A DNA stretch of 63,383 bases, counting the filler, from Dicyema japonicum (taxonomy: Eukaryota > Animalia > Dicyemida): assembly GCA_011109175.1 (NCBI GenBank). It is 7 parts of 7 records of this genome, joined end to end, with 100 filler letters (N's around TTAATTAATTAA, not from the genome) between each part and the next. Parts side by side here need not be neighbours in the genome. Positions count along the whole stretch, not along the records: positions 24,466 to 40,725 come from RDEW01000035.1; positions 40,826 to 46,463 come from RDEW01000223.1; positions 46,564 to 48,764 come from RDEW01000050.1; 4 more parts are not named here. The stretch is one strand, 5' to 3'. The position numbers and the translations under genes are program-made. Under the pieces are notes generated by a model. The model searched no databases. It worked only from the letters and a program-made list of their open reading frames with translations, and was not told the DNA's origin. Below are positions 35,880 through 47,024 of the stretch, in pieces (positions within the stretch are counted from its first letter, which is position 1; the number at the start of each line of letters is the position of its first letter).

Positions 35880-36480
35880 TCCTTATAATTTATTTCTTAA
35901 AATGACAAGCTCCGGATGTTTTCTAGTGGAGAACCCATGAGTGAAAAACTGGAAGAAAGGTTCCCTCTTGTCGTTAAGTCCGATCTCACACTATATTTCA
36001 GTTCATAAACTGGTAGTGAATGCAAGAACAGTAAATTTCCTCTCCGCTTGACATGAACCTATTTCAGAATGATTTGTCGTTTGATGTCTTAGTCTCCATA
36101 TTTACGTAATTGAGGACATTAGTAAGGTTTTCAATACCAATATTTTCAAGATTTTTATCGGCCCTAGTAATAGAACTATTTTTTGTTGACAAATGACGTT
36201 TCTTGTAATTACAAAAGTAAGTTGGATTTATCCATCGTTGGCTTAACTTTTATTAGAGATTTGATTTTTTTGTCTTATTTCAATATCCAAATATGGTCTG
36301 TGACCGATTTTTGCATAATGATTAATGAGGCAATTCGGTTGATCCCTGATACTAAGTGTGATTTTCTTTTTTACAAGTGTCTCTGCCAGCAGAGATGTGG
36401 GTCGGGAGTTCGAAATTGGCTCGATAGTCATCCATAATTTTTTATTATCGGATGAGATGAACTCATTTCATTTCCTTTTT
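35880..36480 (-). mobile_element. LINE RT remnant
   Basis: NSRPTSLLAETLVKK..IGHRP. Confidence 0.55.
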
Positions 36481-38943
36481 TCAGTTGATTTTCTGAGTGA
36501 TCTTTGAGTTTAGCATTAATATATTAAATAGTACTGAGCCATTCCCAATAAGCAAACTTTCAACCTTTTCGACATTTGTGACCAACAGAGAACATTAAAG
36601 CGGCGATGGATGCTATCAACTAGCTAAACACTCAGCGATAGAGTAGGAGACGTGTTTGTAGAACTCGGAGGAGAAAAAGCAGAAAGAGGAACAGGAATCA
36701 TAGAACAGGGAATAATAGATTCAGTAGAAACATCAATACTTTTTGTAGTACTACAGTATGTGCAATCATTACGTAGTTTATTGGGCAATACTTTATTATG
36801 GAATAGATAGTCCTATTGTGTAGCAATTATTCCTTGACACTGATATTCTTTAACAATTGCTCATAGATTGCCACCATTAATACTCCATTCAAAAATGCCA
36901 AATTTTTAATGTACAGGGATATCATTACTCTAGAATACGAATATTTCTTAAGGTGGCTATGAACTAAAAACCTTTATTCTCAAGTGCCCATTACTATTCT
37001 GTTAGATACAAGGGTATTATTCATATACTAGTCTCAAGGATCTCTTCTTTAGCTATAATCTGGCAACCATGCACGAATCTATCCGAATTTTAGCCATTCG
37101 TGTCATTTTGAGGCGATAACATCACGGTCACAAAGACTGATGTAATTATAAGCAAATTCACTCAGACAAACCCTGTCGAAAAAATATTTTAAATATTTCT
37201 GCCAGGTCTGAGGTCTTAGACATCATAAAACACAGGTGAATAAATCCTCCCATATTTCCGATAAGCTCTTTAACTTTTGAAAGGATTTAATCTTATGCAA
37301 AACTTTTTCCACCTCTCACTTCCCAGATCTACAAGACCACTCTTAATCTATGATTGGAGACCGTTGATCTTCCGTTTGAAGAGTCGGCAGATAATCCTCT
37401 ACTCTCTGAGTAACTTTATGGATTAATTCGAAAGAAGTAACCATAATCTTCACAAACCAGAGTTAGAAACTTGGAATGTTGCAAGTACGAGTTCAAGCAT
37501 CTGTCAAGTGGGGAGGGATCTAGATATAATTGAGGACCCGGCAAATCGTTTGAATCGTTAAAACCAGAGAATCCTTTATACAACACATTCGCACGCTGAA
37601 ATTCTACTGAACAATAATTTTCATTAATATACGAACATATTTTGAACTTCAAAGAGCTCCAAGAGATAACACGTTCAGTTTACGGTTTTTTAGGTAATGC
37701 AAGTTTTTCCTCGAAAGGCTTGACTTTATTCTTTTAATTGGGCATGGATGTGCTTGGAATGCTTTCTTCCCCCTTATTCCCTCTTTAATTTCTTTTCGGT
37801 TTAAAATAATTTTTGATAGCGTACTAGAATAACATTATTTACATTACCCTGGGCTTTTTTAAGTGGAAAATTTAAGTAATGTTTTTTTTGCGGTAATCTT
37901 AGACCATGCGCCTATCATACTCATAACTTCTACAGCCTCCCTTCTAAAATACAGCTTACAGTTTTATTTTTAAGATATAGTTTAGTCTCCGATTCGCGAA
38001 CTCTGACATAAAGATGTTGAAATATCAAGAGTCTTCTGTGAGAAACCCATTTTCTAATGATGCTTATTTTTAAGGCTTGTGTCCATACTTAACGAGGAAT
38101 ATCCTCACATAGGTAGTCCTTTATCCATATATAAACCTCGTGCCATTCCGTCCAAACGAGGTTGTTTCAGCAAATACTCATTTCATTTTTTATCGAAAGC
38201 TTTTCATATATAAGACATACAATAATTAAAGGTCACTTAAACTCACGTGCCATGACTATTTTAAAGTTAAACTAAAAATGACAGCCCGCCGTTCAAGTTA
38301 TGAACTTACGTAGCATATACGACAGGGATAAACAGATTATTAGTTAGCTTCCTCCATTTTTTAATAGTAAGAAAAACTAGTTGTCCAAACGACCTGAATT
38401 TTGGAGTTCTGATCAAGTGAAAGAACAGCTAGAACAGTCTCTAAAATATTTTAAGAAATTTCAATTATAAAACATCGTCCACATTGCGAAAACAAAGCAG
38501 CTCAATGGGAGTCAGTTTGACGCGAGAGTATTTTAGAATTTTCTCAAGACGTGGACAAGTATTGAGGATTTGGCTCATAAGTACAAAGAATGGATAAATT
38601 CTGTGAATAACAAGTCATGTGGATTATAATATGTAAGTTTAAGATGATTGAAAGTCTGGTTGTGACTTTCCATCAAAAATGTGACAGTAGTGAACTGTGG
38701 ATAGCAGATATGAAAAAAGAACTATACTCACTTTTGTTTGTGGATAACCAATGGCAGTGAGCCGGATTACCCGAAGTTTTACACTTGTCAAAAAATTGTA
38801 GAGTTATCATCGCGAATGGCCCTAATTTGAAGAAATTTTGATTCCCAGTGTAGCTGGTCAGTTGGTGTGGTTTTAGACAGTCCGTTACAGTGGTGAATCA
38901 CTGATTTTATTTATTTCATTTTATTTTTATTTATTTTATTTAA

Positions 38944-38961
38944 TGACGACGTCAGTCGTCA
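38944..38961. promoter_or_regulatory. TGACGRCGTCASTCGTCA motif (variant copy)
   Basis: tgacgacgtcagtcgtca, 16/18 identical to copies at 44222, 44349 and 63048 (reverse); lies ~110 bp upstream of TTC27. Confidence 0.45.
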
Positions 38962-39074
38962 ATCCGAAAAAACTTAAATTTTTTATAATTTTTAAAAAAT
39001 TAAAATAATTAATCATAAATTTAAATTTTTTTAAACATTTTTACGTGCAGTGTCAACCACACGTGCACTCTTAT

Positions 39075-40725
39075 CAAAATAGAGAGGACCATTATATCCA
39101 ACACAAATCCTAAGAGGTAATTGATTTAACTATAAAGAAGTACACCCAATCGAATGACATTAAGTACAAAATATTAATAATCTATAGTGTAATAATCGAG
39201 ACATTAACTGACTGTGTTTGGAACCATGTTGTATTGAATTATTCAATTGAAACAAACCAAAATCCATTTGAGTTTAAGTTTGTAGTTTATTTTAGATTGA
39301 AAATTACCTTGTTGAGCATTACGTTTGCCTTAACGGAGAGCATATTTTGGGTGGTATTGTCATCAACTTGTCCTACTTATTTTCGGCAGTATGTCTGCTG
39401 TACTATGCAATCTCTGATAATGAGGTTTTAGTCTTTTAATGCCAGAAGGTCATTCTGTGAACTTTACGAGTATGTTTTTTTAAGCAGAGTGTCATTTCTG
39501 AACTCTCCTCCCGTTCTAAAAAAAGAGTCACTACAACTCATCGACAAAAGTACTAATACAATTAAATAAATGTTTAAACTTCTATGATTATTCGCGCATT
39601 TTTGAAGATGAAGGGTTTTACTTAATATTTCACCTAAAGGCTATCTAAAATCGACTTATTGATCGAAGGGGGATAAATTTACCAAGAATATTACGAAAAT
39701 GACAAATTCAAGCATGTGTGCAATCTTATTGAGGATTTGAAAGAGATCACCGTTAATACTACTGGTAATGCTGTACTTATTATTAGGGGTGCTCGGTCGG
39801 AACACCAAATATCAGACATTCGATGTCTCCCAGCTGGTGCTTGAAGTAAAATCCAATTCGGCACGTGATTTACAGCAAATGACTGACTATAGTGACTACA
39901 TTCTGGTTGGTGGTATGTTTGATGGTAGAATGTGTCCCTTAACGATGATTTGCTACTAGAATATATGAAACCGTCTGTAAAATCAGAGGGGACACCATCT
40001 CTGAACAGGTCTGATATTGGACTTCTTCTATTTTACTGGTATGTTGTCTGCTCATTGCAGTCGGAATGAGATTAACAAGAAGGTTCGGGATGAGACAGGG
40101 GATCTTATTATATTGGCTTATGCTGAGAAACTTCTGAGTCTACCTGACATAGGACTCTTTTCTTTGATTTCCTCTCTCTTCATTCGGTCTCTTGTTGAAG
40201 TCACTATACACCGTAAGAATGTGCGGGGGATGGCTCAACTTGATGTGACCATACTGTGATATTGGTAGGAACTCTCTAATCCGAAGAAACCCATCGATGA
40301 GCCTGTTCCCATCAAAAATCTCTTGGCTGAGTTCTTTTTAGTCCGTCCTCCATCCTTGTATGTCATTAAGGTTTCGTTATTGTTTATGGTAGTGTAAACT
40401 CGCACGTGTCTACATTAATGGAGGACTTCATAATTCAGCTCTACCATTATTGGAGACATTGGAGAAGTGGGATGACCTGATCGAGTGCTATGGAAATCTT
40501 AACAAACGGGGGAAGGTTAGTTTATGGAATATTCCAGGCTGAAGACTTGATCAGAAAGCGATTGGAAGTAGAAGTGACCCCAACTTTGTTATGCTACCTT
40601 GGAAGTGTCACCAAATGTGATGAATATTACCACAAAGCGTGGGAGATATCTAACCATAAATCGGCTGCTTCTCAAAGGGGACTGGCATTCCTCCATTTTT
40701 ACCGTAAACAGGTAAAATCCTCCGT
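39075..40725 (+). CDS. TTC27: TTC27 (TPR protein), 5' part, cut by a spacer
   Basis: SALPLLETLEKWDDLIECY; AEDLIRKRLEVEVTPTLLCYLGSV..YYHKAWEISNHKSAASQRGLA match TTC27. Upstream IENYL..YLFSAVCLL resembles its N-terminus. Introns of 21-24 nt. Start codon not resolved. Confidence 0.88.
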
Positions 40726-40825
40726 NNNNNNNNNNNNNNNNNNNNNNNNNNNNNNNNNNNNNNNNNNNNTTAATTAATTAANNNNNNNNNNNNNNNNNNN
40801 NNNNNNNNNNNNNNNNNNNNNNNNN
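40726..40825. other. Artificial contig spacer
   Basis: 44N-TTAATTAATTAA-44N. Confidence 0.98.
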
Positions 40826-42510
40826 GAATATTAAACGGAATTGAAATGAGAACTGAAAAAGTACTGTCATGGTGTATTCATCACAGTTACTCTGGGACAA
40901 CCTGTCCACTTCTATGGAATCACCCGGGCGACATAACTGGGTGGCGAATGTTCGAGGATAGGTGGCTCTTGTATGCCAATAACTATTCCACGGACTGCGT
41001 CGTCAGCCTACTCCCGACTGACAGTGTTGAATTTTAAAATAATCAGTTAGTTTACATTAAGAGATGCATACATGCCTCTCTACATGGCGAATAACTACAA
41101 TAATACTGTATCACTGATCATAACACATTTTAAGGGTGAATCTGAAAATACAAACAATTATACGCCCCAGAAACTCAATTCGTTCCAGAAGTGTATAATC
41201 AATTTAATGGATATCCAATCAATTTCATTCCTCTCCAGCCTGTCTATTATTGTATTTCACAAAATAAATGGATTTATATGTTAGATCAACAATACCCTCA
41301 AGTCTACTATCAATCTCTAACTGCTCAACAGTTGAATATAGGGACCATTTTTCGATCAAATCAATTTGGGTTGGTGGTCTCCAAATTTGATTACTTTTTA
41401 TAGTTTTCGTCGGAACCAGTCGAATATCAACAAAAAGGCGTGTTTTCGACCGAATACAACACCCAATACAGCACCCAAGACAACATTTAATACAACACCG
41501 AATACAACACCCAATACAACACCTAATGCAACACCTAATGCAACACCTAATGCAACACCTAATACAACACCCAATACAACACCTAATACAACACCCAATA
41601 CAACACCTAATACAACACCTAATACACCAAACTCTACTACAACTGACTGTGGTACAAATCCCCATCCCACTGAAATAACTGTCAATCAAGATACAGTGCA
41701 AGAAAGTGGGGACAACAGACCAATTCGCAAAAACGACTGGACCCGAGATACGAGCCACGAACTCGTTAATAATGCTGTGATCCATAGTTATCAGTTAGGT
41801 ATTTACTCTTTTTCGTTGTTGAAAACAATTTCAATCAATATCATAATTTCATAATTGTAATTTTATAAATACATCTTATTCTATTGTTAAATGTCCTGAC
41901 AAATATCTAAATGTTTGGGCTGATAACATAGATTTACCACTCAAAATTAAGAACCCACGTTTTTAATACCACGGAAAAAGATGAGAGATTCCAGAGCCCT
42001 CTCTTAAAGGGTATCTCTCTACATTAAAAATGTGTTGAAGGCCAGGGGAGATGAAGGCATCTTTCAAATAAACTACTTTGGTGATCCAAAGACTTAGAAA
42101 TACTGACCAGATATGATTTCCAGAGTTCACATTCTCAAGAATGAGTTACATTCGGAATATGAAAGGATATGTAACGAAATAAGATTAATGGTATCAGTGA
42201 AGGGTTCTTTTGATCTCCCATTCCACGTCGGACATTAGTTTCTGAAAAGTGGAGCGCCTTTAAGTAGGAGATGTCTACTTACCCGTCAGTTTTGTGAGTT
42301 TAGCTTGATTCGTTCCCTGAACCACCACGAGGATCTGTCTTTGAAATTTTGATATGTAATCAGCTAAAATGCCCGGGATTTGTCTAATCTCGTTGATCGG
42401 ACTGATTGATCTCCTGAATATGGTGGATAAAAAATTGTCAGCTCAGCTAATCAAGTCGGGCGTAATGTATTTAGCGACGAGTTCTTAACCGTTCGGCTAC
42501 CTGGCCTAAC
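40826..42510 (+). CDS. Orphan multi-exon gene with a (PNTT/PNAT)n mucin-like repeat
   Basis: Short GT-AG intron candidates (e.g. ~41370-41403) join a N/Y/Q/P-rich exon to ORF 41366-41854. Boundaries and downstream exons are uncertain. Confidence 0.5.
41450..41635 (+). repeat. 12-nt tandem repeat (aatacaacacc(t/c)), about 15 units
   Basis: Visible directly; encodes PNTT/PNAT. Confidence 0.97.
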
Positions 42511-42539
42511 TTTTTAATAAAAAACTTTAGAAACAAAAA

Positions 42540-44100
42540 CAAAATTAGATCCTAGCTAGTTAAGTAGCTAAGAGGATAGTCGAGAGTCTAAGGATCAGCT
42601 CAACGACGCCACGCTGCGAATTGAATGGCAGTTTCCACGGAGCACGGCAACCGAAATGTGTTGGAAGAGCCGCTCGTTTCCTTCCGGTCGTTTGTCTTCG
42701 AGGAAATTCTCCTACCAATGTCAGTGAGAAGTTGAGTCGCAGCCTTGCCGACGATTCCGAAGGTTTCGAAGTCGAAGGGGGCAAACTCAAAAAACATCCG
42801 ATTTGACTCTTCGACCTAAACACTGGCGGAGCGCGGGTTGCTGACGGTCTTGGGGAGCACCGTCACAAAAAACAAGTCGACACAGGTGGTATCCCAAACC
42901 AGGAACTTTCCTTCCGTAAAAGGAAAGGTAGTCTCCCCGTCGGGACGCTTACCGTCGCTCCGGAGAAGCCGACTGGCTCTAGAGCCCTCCTTTAAGTTGA
43001 GTGTAGCGAGGAATTCTACCAGCACTCAACGACAAGCGTGCAAGCCTTTCGACGAAATTGTGGTCTCGCCGGCAAGAGTGGGGTTGGCAAATGTCCAAGC
43101 TTAAGCGAAACAAATACCAATCCGCAAGGATTCATTGTCCAGTACTGATCCCGTGCTGGGGATGTTGAGTGCTTTGAGCCAGTCTCCCGTATACGGTTGA
43201 CAAGCGCAGTTTAGAGAAGCCTGCTGAAGTTGGTCCGAATTTGAGCGAAGTTTGCGTAATGTATTTTAGCAGAGAGTTTCGTCCCAGCTCCTCTGAACTG
43301 AAGGAATCGCAGGGAAATTAGAGCCAAGTGAGCACCAAACACGGCAGGCAGAGGAGTATTTCGTCCAAAGATAAGTGATAGAAGATAGCAAATCACTTCC
43401 GGGTTCATGGGTTAATGGGGACAAGAGATCACGGAGATGGATGGGCTTTTAGGCTGTCTATCACACCGCTGGTGCTAAAGGCAAAAGACCCCAGACGAGG
43501 TGATCGGGATAGGCGGAACTGATTCTAACGACGGTATTGCACGGATGGGATGAACGCACTTCTGCAAGTCAGTTCCGGTTAGAAGGTGCCTCAATACTGG
43601 GGGACGTGCGAGAGACGGACAGCCAATCAGAGTTGAACTGTGAATGGACAAAGGATAAACAGCGATCTTTAATCTCCTGAGCGAGAGAAAAGTATTTGGC
43701 AACATTTGTGCGAATAGATGTAGAATTAAGACGAACAGGAAAAATAGCTTAAACCAGGGACCCGGAGAACTGGAAGACAGAGCCTAGTCGATCAAGACTG
43801 CGACGGATTTAGCCACAGTGAGCCTGGCAGATTTTTGAATCCTGGACGGAATGATGCATTCGTTGCGGGAAGCTGATATGAGCTTAAGGAATACCGAATG
43901 GGTGTGATGACCCCTGGGAATTGAGAGTGAGCATTCAGGTAACTCGGGTGAATTATGAACAAAACGCCTCGGACACTTCCAGCATTGGATCATGGCCAAG
44001 CTGGCCCTAGGAGTCCGGCGCTCCGCTTGTGCCAGCCACACAGTTTTTGCAAGAGCAAGAGAGAACGAGTGAATTAGTTAATCTAATTAATCCGGATTGA
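42540..44100 (-). mobile_element. CRE-clade element, apparently lacking the RT core
   Basis: N-terminal C.KC and IPSRIQKSARL..WFKLF; then [42 protein letters not shown]. No GxxQG or YxDD segment found between. Confidence 0.8.
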
Positions 44101-44218
44101 GGAATGAAGTATCTCATGTCTTTTGTTTTCTTTTCATTAACGTGCGGCTGTTCTTATACTAGGAAGCTCAAGACGTCCCATCCGAAGTCCAACTAGTGCT
44201 TGGAATCCGCGTGTGATA

Positions 44219-44367
44219 GGATGACGGCGTCACTCGTCAGACCTCCACAGGCAGCCTCTGAGAATGGAACCCGGGACCAGGAGGTTAGCAACGGATTCTC
44301 GACCAATCAATAGAAGCGATAAAAAATAGATTGAGGAATTGTTGTGGATGACGGCGTCACTCGTCAG
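44219..44367. repeat. 22-bp direct repeat ggatgacggcgtcactcgtcag (two copies, 127 bp apart) flanking a CCAAT box
   Basis: Copies at 44219-44240 and 44346-44367; gaccaatcaat near 44301. Confidence 0.9.
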
Positions 44368-44448
44368 GGATGGTTATTCGGATATCCCCAAAGGTGTTAT
44401 AGCGTGGTTATAACTCGAATGTATTAGGGTTAATAGTGAATTAGAGTG

Positions 44449-45103
44449 TTATGAACGAGCCTTGTTCTGGACGGGGAGGTACAACTTGAACTCTGCGGGG
44501 AGTTCGTCCTCGGAGTAGAGCCTCTCGGAGAAGAAGACTCGTCGAATGCGGCAGTTAGCATGGATCTAGAATAAAAAGAGGGAGTGACCTGGACCCTCAA
44601 AGTCTCGATATAATTAGTCCCGTAGGCGCGTCTGGTGAAGTCTGAGAGGTTGAACTGGATTTGGTTCCACCCGTCGTCGAGTCTCATGGGCATGGTGCAG
44701 ATGAAGGGCTTGACTCGAGTGGTGCTTTGGTAGTTGCTGGCACGGAATCGTCGTTTCACGTTTTTTGTCGTCGAGGACTTGGACCTCGAAGGTGAAGTAC
44801 TTTTTGAGGTTTTTGATGATCATGACGAGGAAGGGGAGTTTGATGCCGAGGGTGGTCAAGTCCATTGGACAGGTGATGTAGGTGGTGCTAAGGAGTGGGG
44901 AGAGTGAGCGGACCTGACATTCGTGCCGGCAATCTCGAGGACGAGTGACTGGATGTCGTTGTCAGTGATTCTCTTGATGTGTCCGTTCTTGACCTACGGT
45001 GGTGATGTGTGGGATGTGCCTGTTTGTCCCATATTTGGAGTGGTTTGCTGCCAATGCTGTACAAAATGGACAACATGCCGCTCTGGAAAGTATTTTTGAA
45101 CAT
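44449..45103 (-). CDS. CFAP20: CFAP20 / BUG22, 4 exons
   Basis: [28 protein letters not shown]|[26 protein letters not shown]|[77 protein letters not shown]|[38 protein letters not shown]. Introns 44994-45019 (GC-AG, 26 nt), 44888-44913 (26) and 44566-44588 (23). One extra A in the A6 run near 44763. Confidence 0.99.
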
Positions 45104-45184
45104 TGGTGAATGGTGTGGTTATCATGACAACTAAATACAGGGTTGCCACTATAGAACAAGAAAGCCAAATAAAGAATGGACTAG

Positions 45185-46051
45185 TTATGGGTGGTCTGGG
45201 TAGTCAGGAGGATAGCCCATTTGTTGTGCAGCCCACTGCTGTTGTGCGTACTGGTACTGGTGGTCCCACATGGAGTAGTCCTGCATGCCCCAGTCACTCC
45301 AAGGCTGTCCTCCAAAGTGGTAGAGGGGCATTGGATATCCCTGTGGGCGTGGCCAGGGGGAGCGCGGGTGGGGGGTAGTGCGACGACCAGTGAGTGGCTG
45401 AGCCAGTTTGCACTCGACCTACGTGGACAAGATGGGCCAACTCTCTTGCCACTAATCACGACGTATCTCTCCATGCACAGACGGTTGACGGGCTCTTGTG
45501 AATCGAAGGTGACGAATCCGAACCTCGGTGGCGTTCTCTGTTCTGGTCCATCATCAAAATAGTGTCCGTCACCTCACATGTCATTCAACCACTCACATTG
45601 CCGTAGTACGAAAAGAAGGCCTTTATCGTCTCCTCCGTGCAGTTCGCAGGCAGTCCCCCAATGAAGATCTTGCCGTCCGACCCATCTCCTCTGCTCTCCC
45701 CCTTCACTACTCCCCACACATCTTACTTTCCCCCGCGGATTGCACACCTTCGGGTCCACTTGCTTCCCATCCAGGATGTGCGTCACGTTCCCCACCACTC
45801 GCTGCACTGACGCAGCCGAGTCGAAGGTCACGAACCCAAATCCCCGCGACTGCCCCGTCTCCACGTTCGTCATCACTATGCACTCCTCCACTTCCCCGAA
45901 CCGACCAAAGTACGCCTTCATCGATTCTATCAATATTTCCTCACACAATACCATTATTTGTCTCTGAGGATAACCCACCAACAAATAATTTTCTAATTAA
46001 TTAAAGTTAACTAGTTCTATGATACATCTACTACCTTTTCTCGTCGCCCAT
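45185..46051 (-). CDS. DAZAP1: DAZAP1/Hrp48-like two-RRM RNA-binding protein, 6 exons, intact
   Basis: MGDEKR|KLFVGGLS..FGEVEECIVM..GQSRGFGFVTF..HILDGKQVDPKVCNPRGK|..KIFIGGLP..YYGN|VTDTILMMDQNRERHRGFGFVTF..GKR|VECKLAQP, then a P/Y/Q/W-rich tail. Introns of 42, 25, 25, 24 and 23 nt. The DPK.C.PRG motif favours DAZAP1 over Musashi or hnRNP D. Confidence 0.9.
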
Positions 46052-46149
46052 CCTCACAGCTATGCACACCACTAAAACTAATCGACGTTAATTTATTATT
46101 CACTTTTCTTTTCTACTTATGTTTAATATTTATTACATTACATCTACTT

Positions 46150-46463
46150 TATCACTCATTTGTTCTTAAACACCAAGTAATGTTTCCTTCCGGAATCGGG
46201 TCATTTTCCCTTCTGACCTAATGCACTACTTCTGAATAAGTGACTCACTTTCTCAATTTTATTTGTGCTCAGATTGTTATTATTAAGAGCACTCCGGAGA
46301 AAACATAGACTTAATTAAGACTTTCTTGTGTTTCTTAATATCCTCTCCGTTAGTCTTGATGAACTGCAAATACGAGACCATAATGTCAGCATTATAAAAT
46401 GGAAGGGGAACCTTGAAAAGAAGTTAAGACGATGTAGTGGCCCCTTGGACTGTACTCGTCTTC
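46150..46463 (-). CDS. Possible 3' end of an unidentified gene upstream of DAZAP1
   Basis: Coding-like FHF.NADIMVSYLQFIKTNGEDIKKHKK across one indel; no homolog recognised. Confidence 0.25.
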
Positions 46464-46563
46464 NNNNNNNNNNNNNNNNNNNNNNNNNNNNNNNNNNNNN
46501 NNNNNNNTTAATTAATTAANNNNNNNNNNNNNNNNNNNNNNNNNNNNNNNNNNNNNNNNNNNN
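46464..46563. other. Artificial contig spacer
   Basis: 44N-TTAATTAATTAA-44N. Confidence 0.98.
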
Positions 46564-47024
46564 CAGGTAATGGTCTCATTTGGCAGATTTTCACTACCCG
46601 CACGGATCGCAGGAAAATCTTCCAGCGTTATTCGCTGTGAAATTAGGACACACCTAAATCTTATGCCAATACCATTAGGGCTATCAAACAGTAATTAGAT
46701 CAACATAGACACATTATCTGAATTTCCAACTGAGCAGCATGGAACAGGGTTAAAAATAAATTTGAACAAAAACTAAATGCGAAGAATAGGAAATAGCTGG
46801 GTTGTGACATTACTTTTGTCATTAGCTTTCCATTTCGAGCCTCTCATTGACAACTATTCACTCAGGGAAATCCTTAAAGAATAAATGATAATTAGTATAG
46901 GAAATGTATTTCATTAATAAAATAATTTCATTTTAATTAAATAAATCATAATAATCATTATTGTAGTTTATCAACATATAAAAATCATCCTTTTCTTAGA
47001 GAACTTCATCCCTATTTCCATCGT

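Noticed and set aside
36560-38900. Long unexplained region with short ORFs (e.g. 37416-37652)
   Set aside because: No recognisable motif or consistent intron pattern; probably decayed transposon. Needs a profile-HMM search.
41225-41785. Cys-rich (CCIR/CCIG)n ORF resembling metallothionein or keratin-associated protein; also a (GVVL)n ORF
   Set aside because: Antisense shadows of the 12-nt repeat; the splice signals and flanking coding sequence favour the plus strand.
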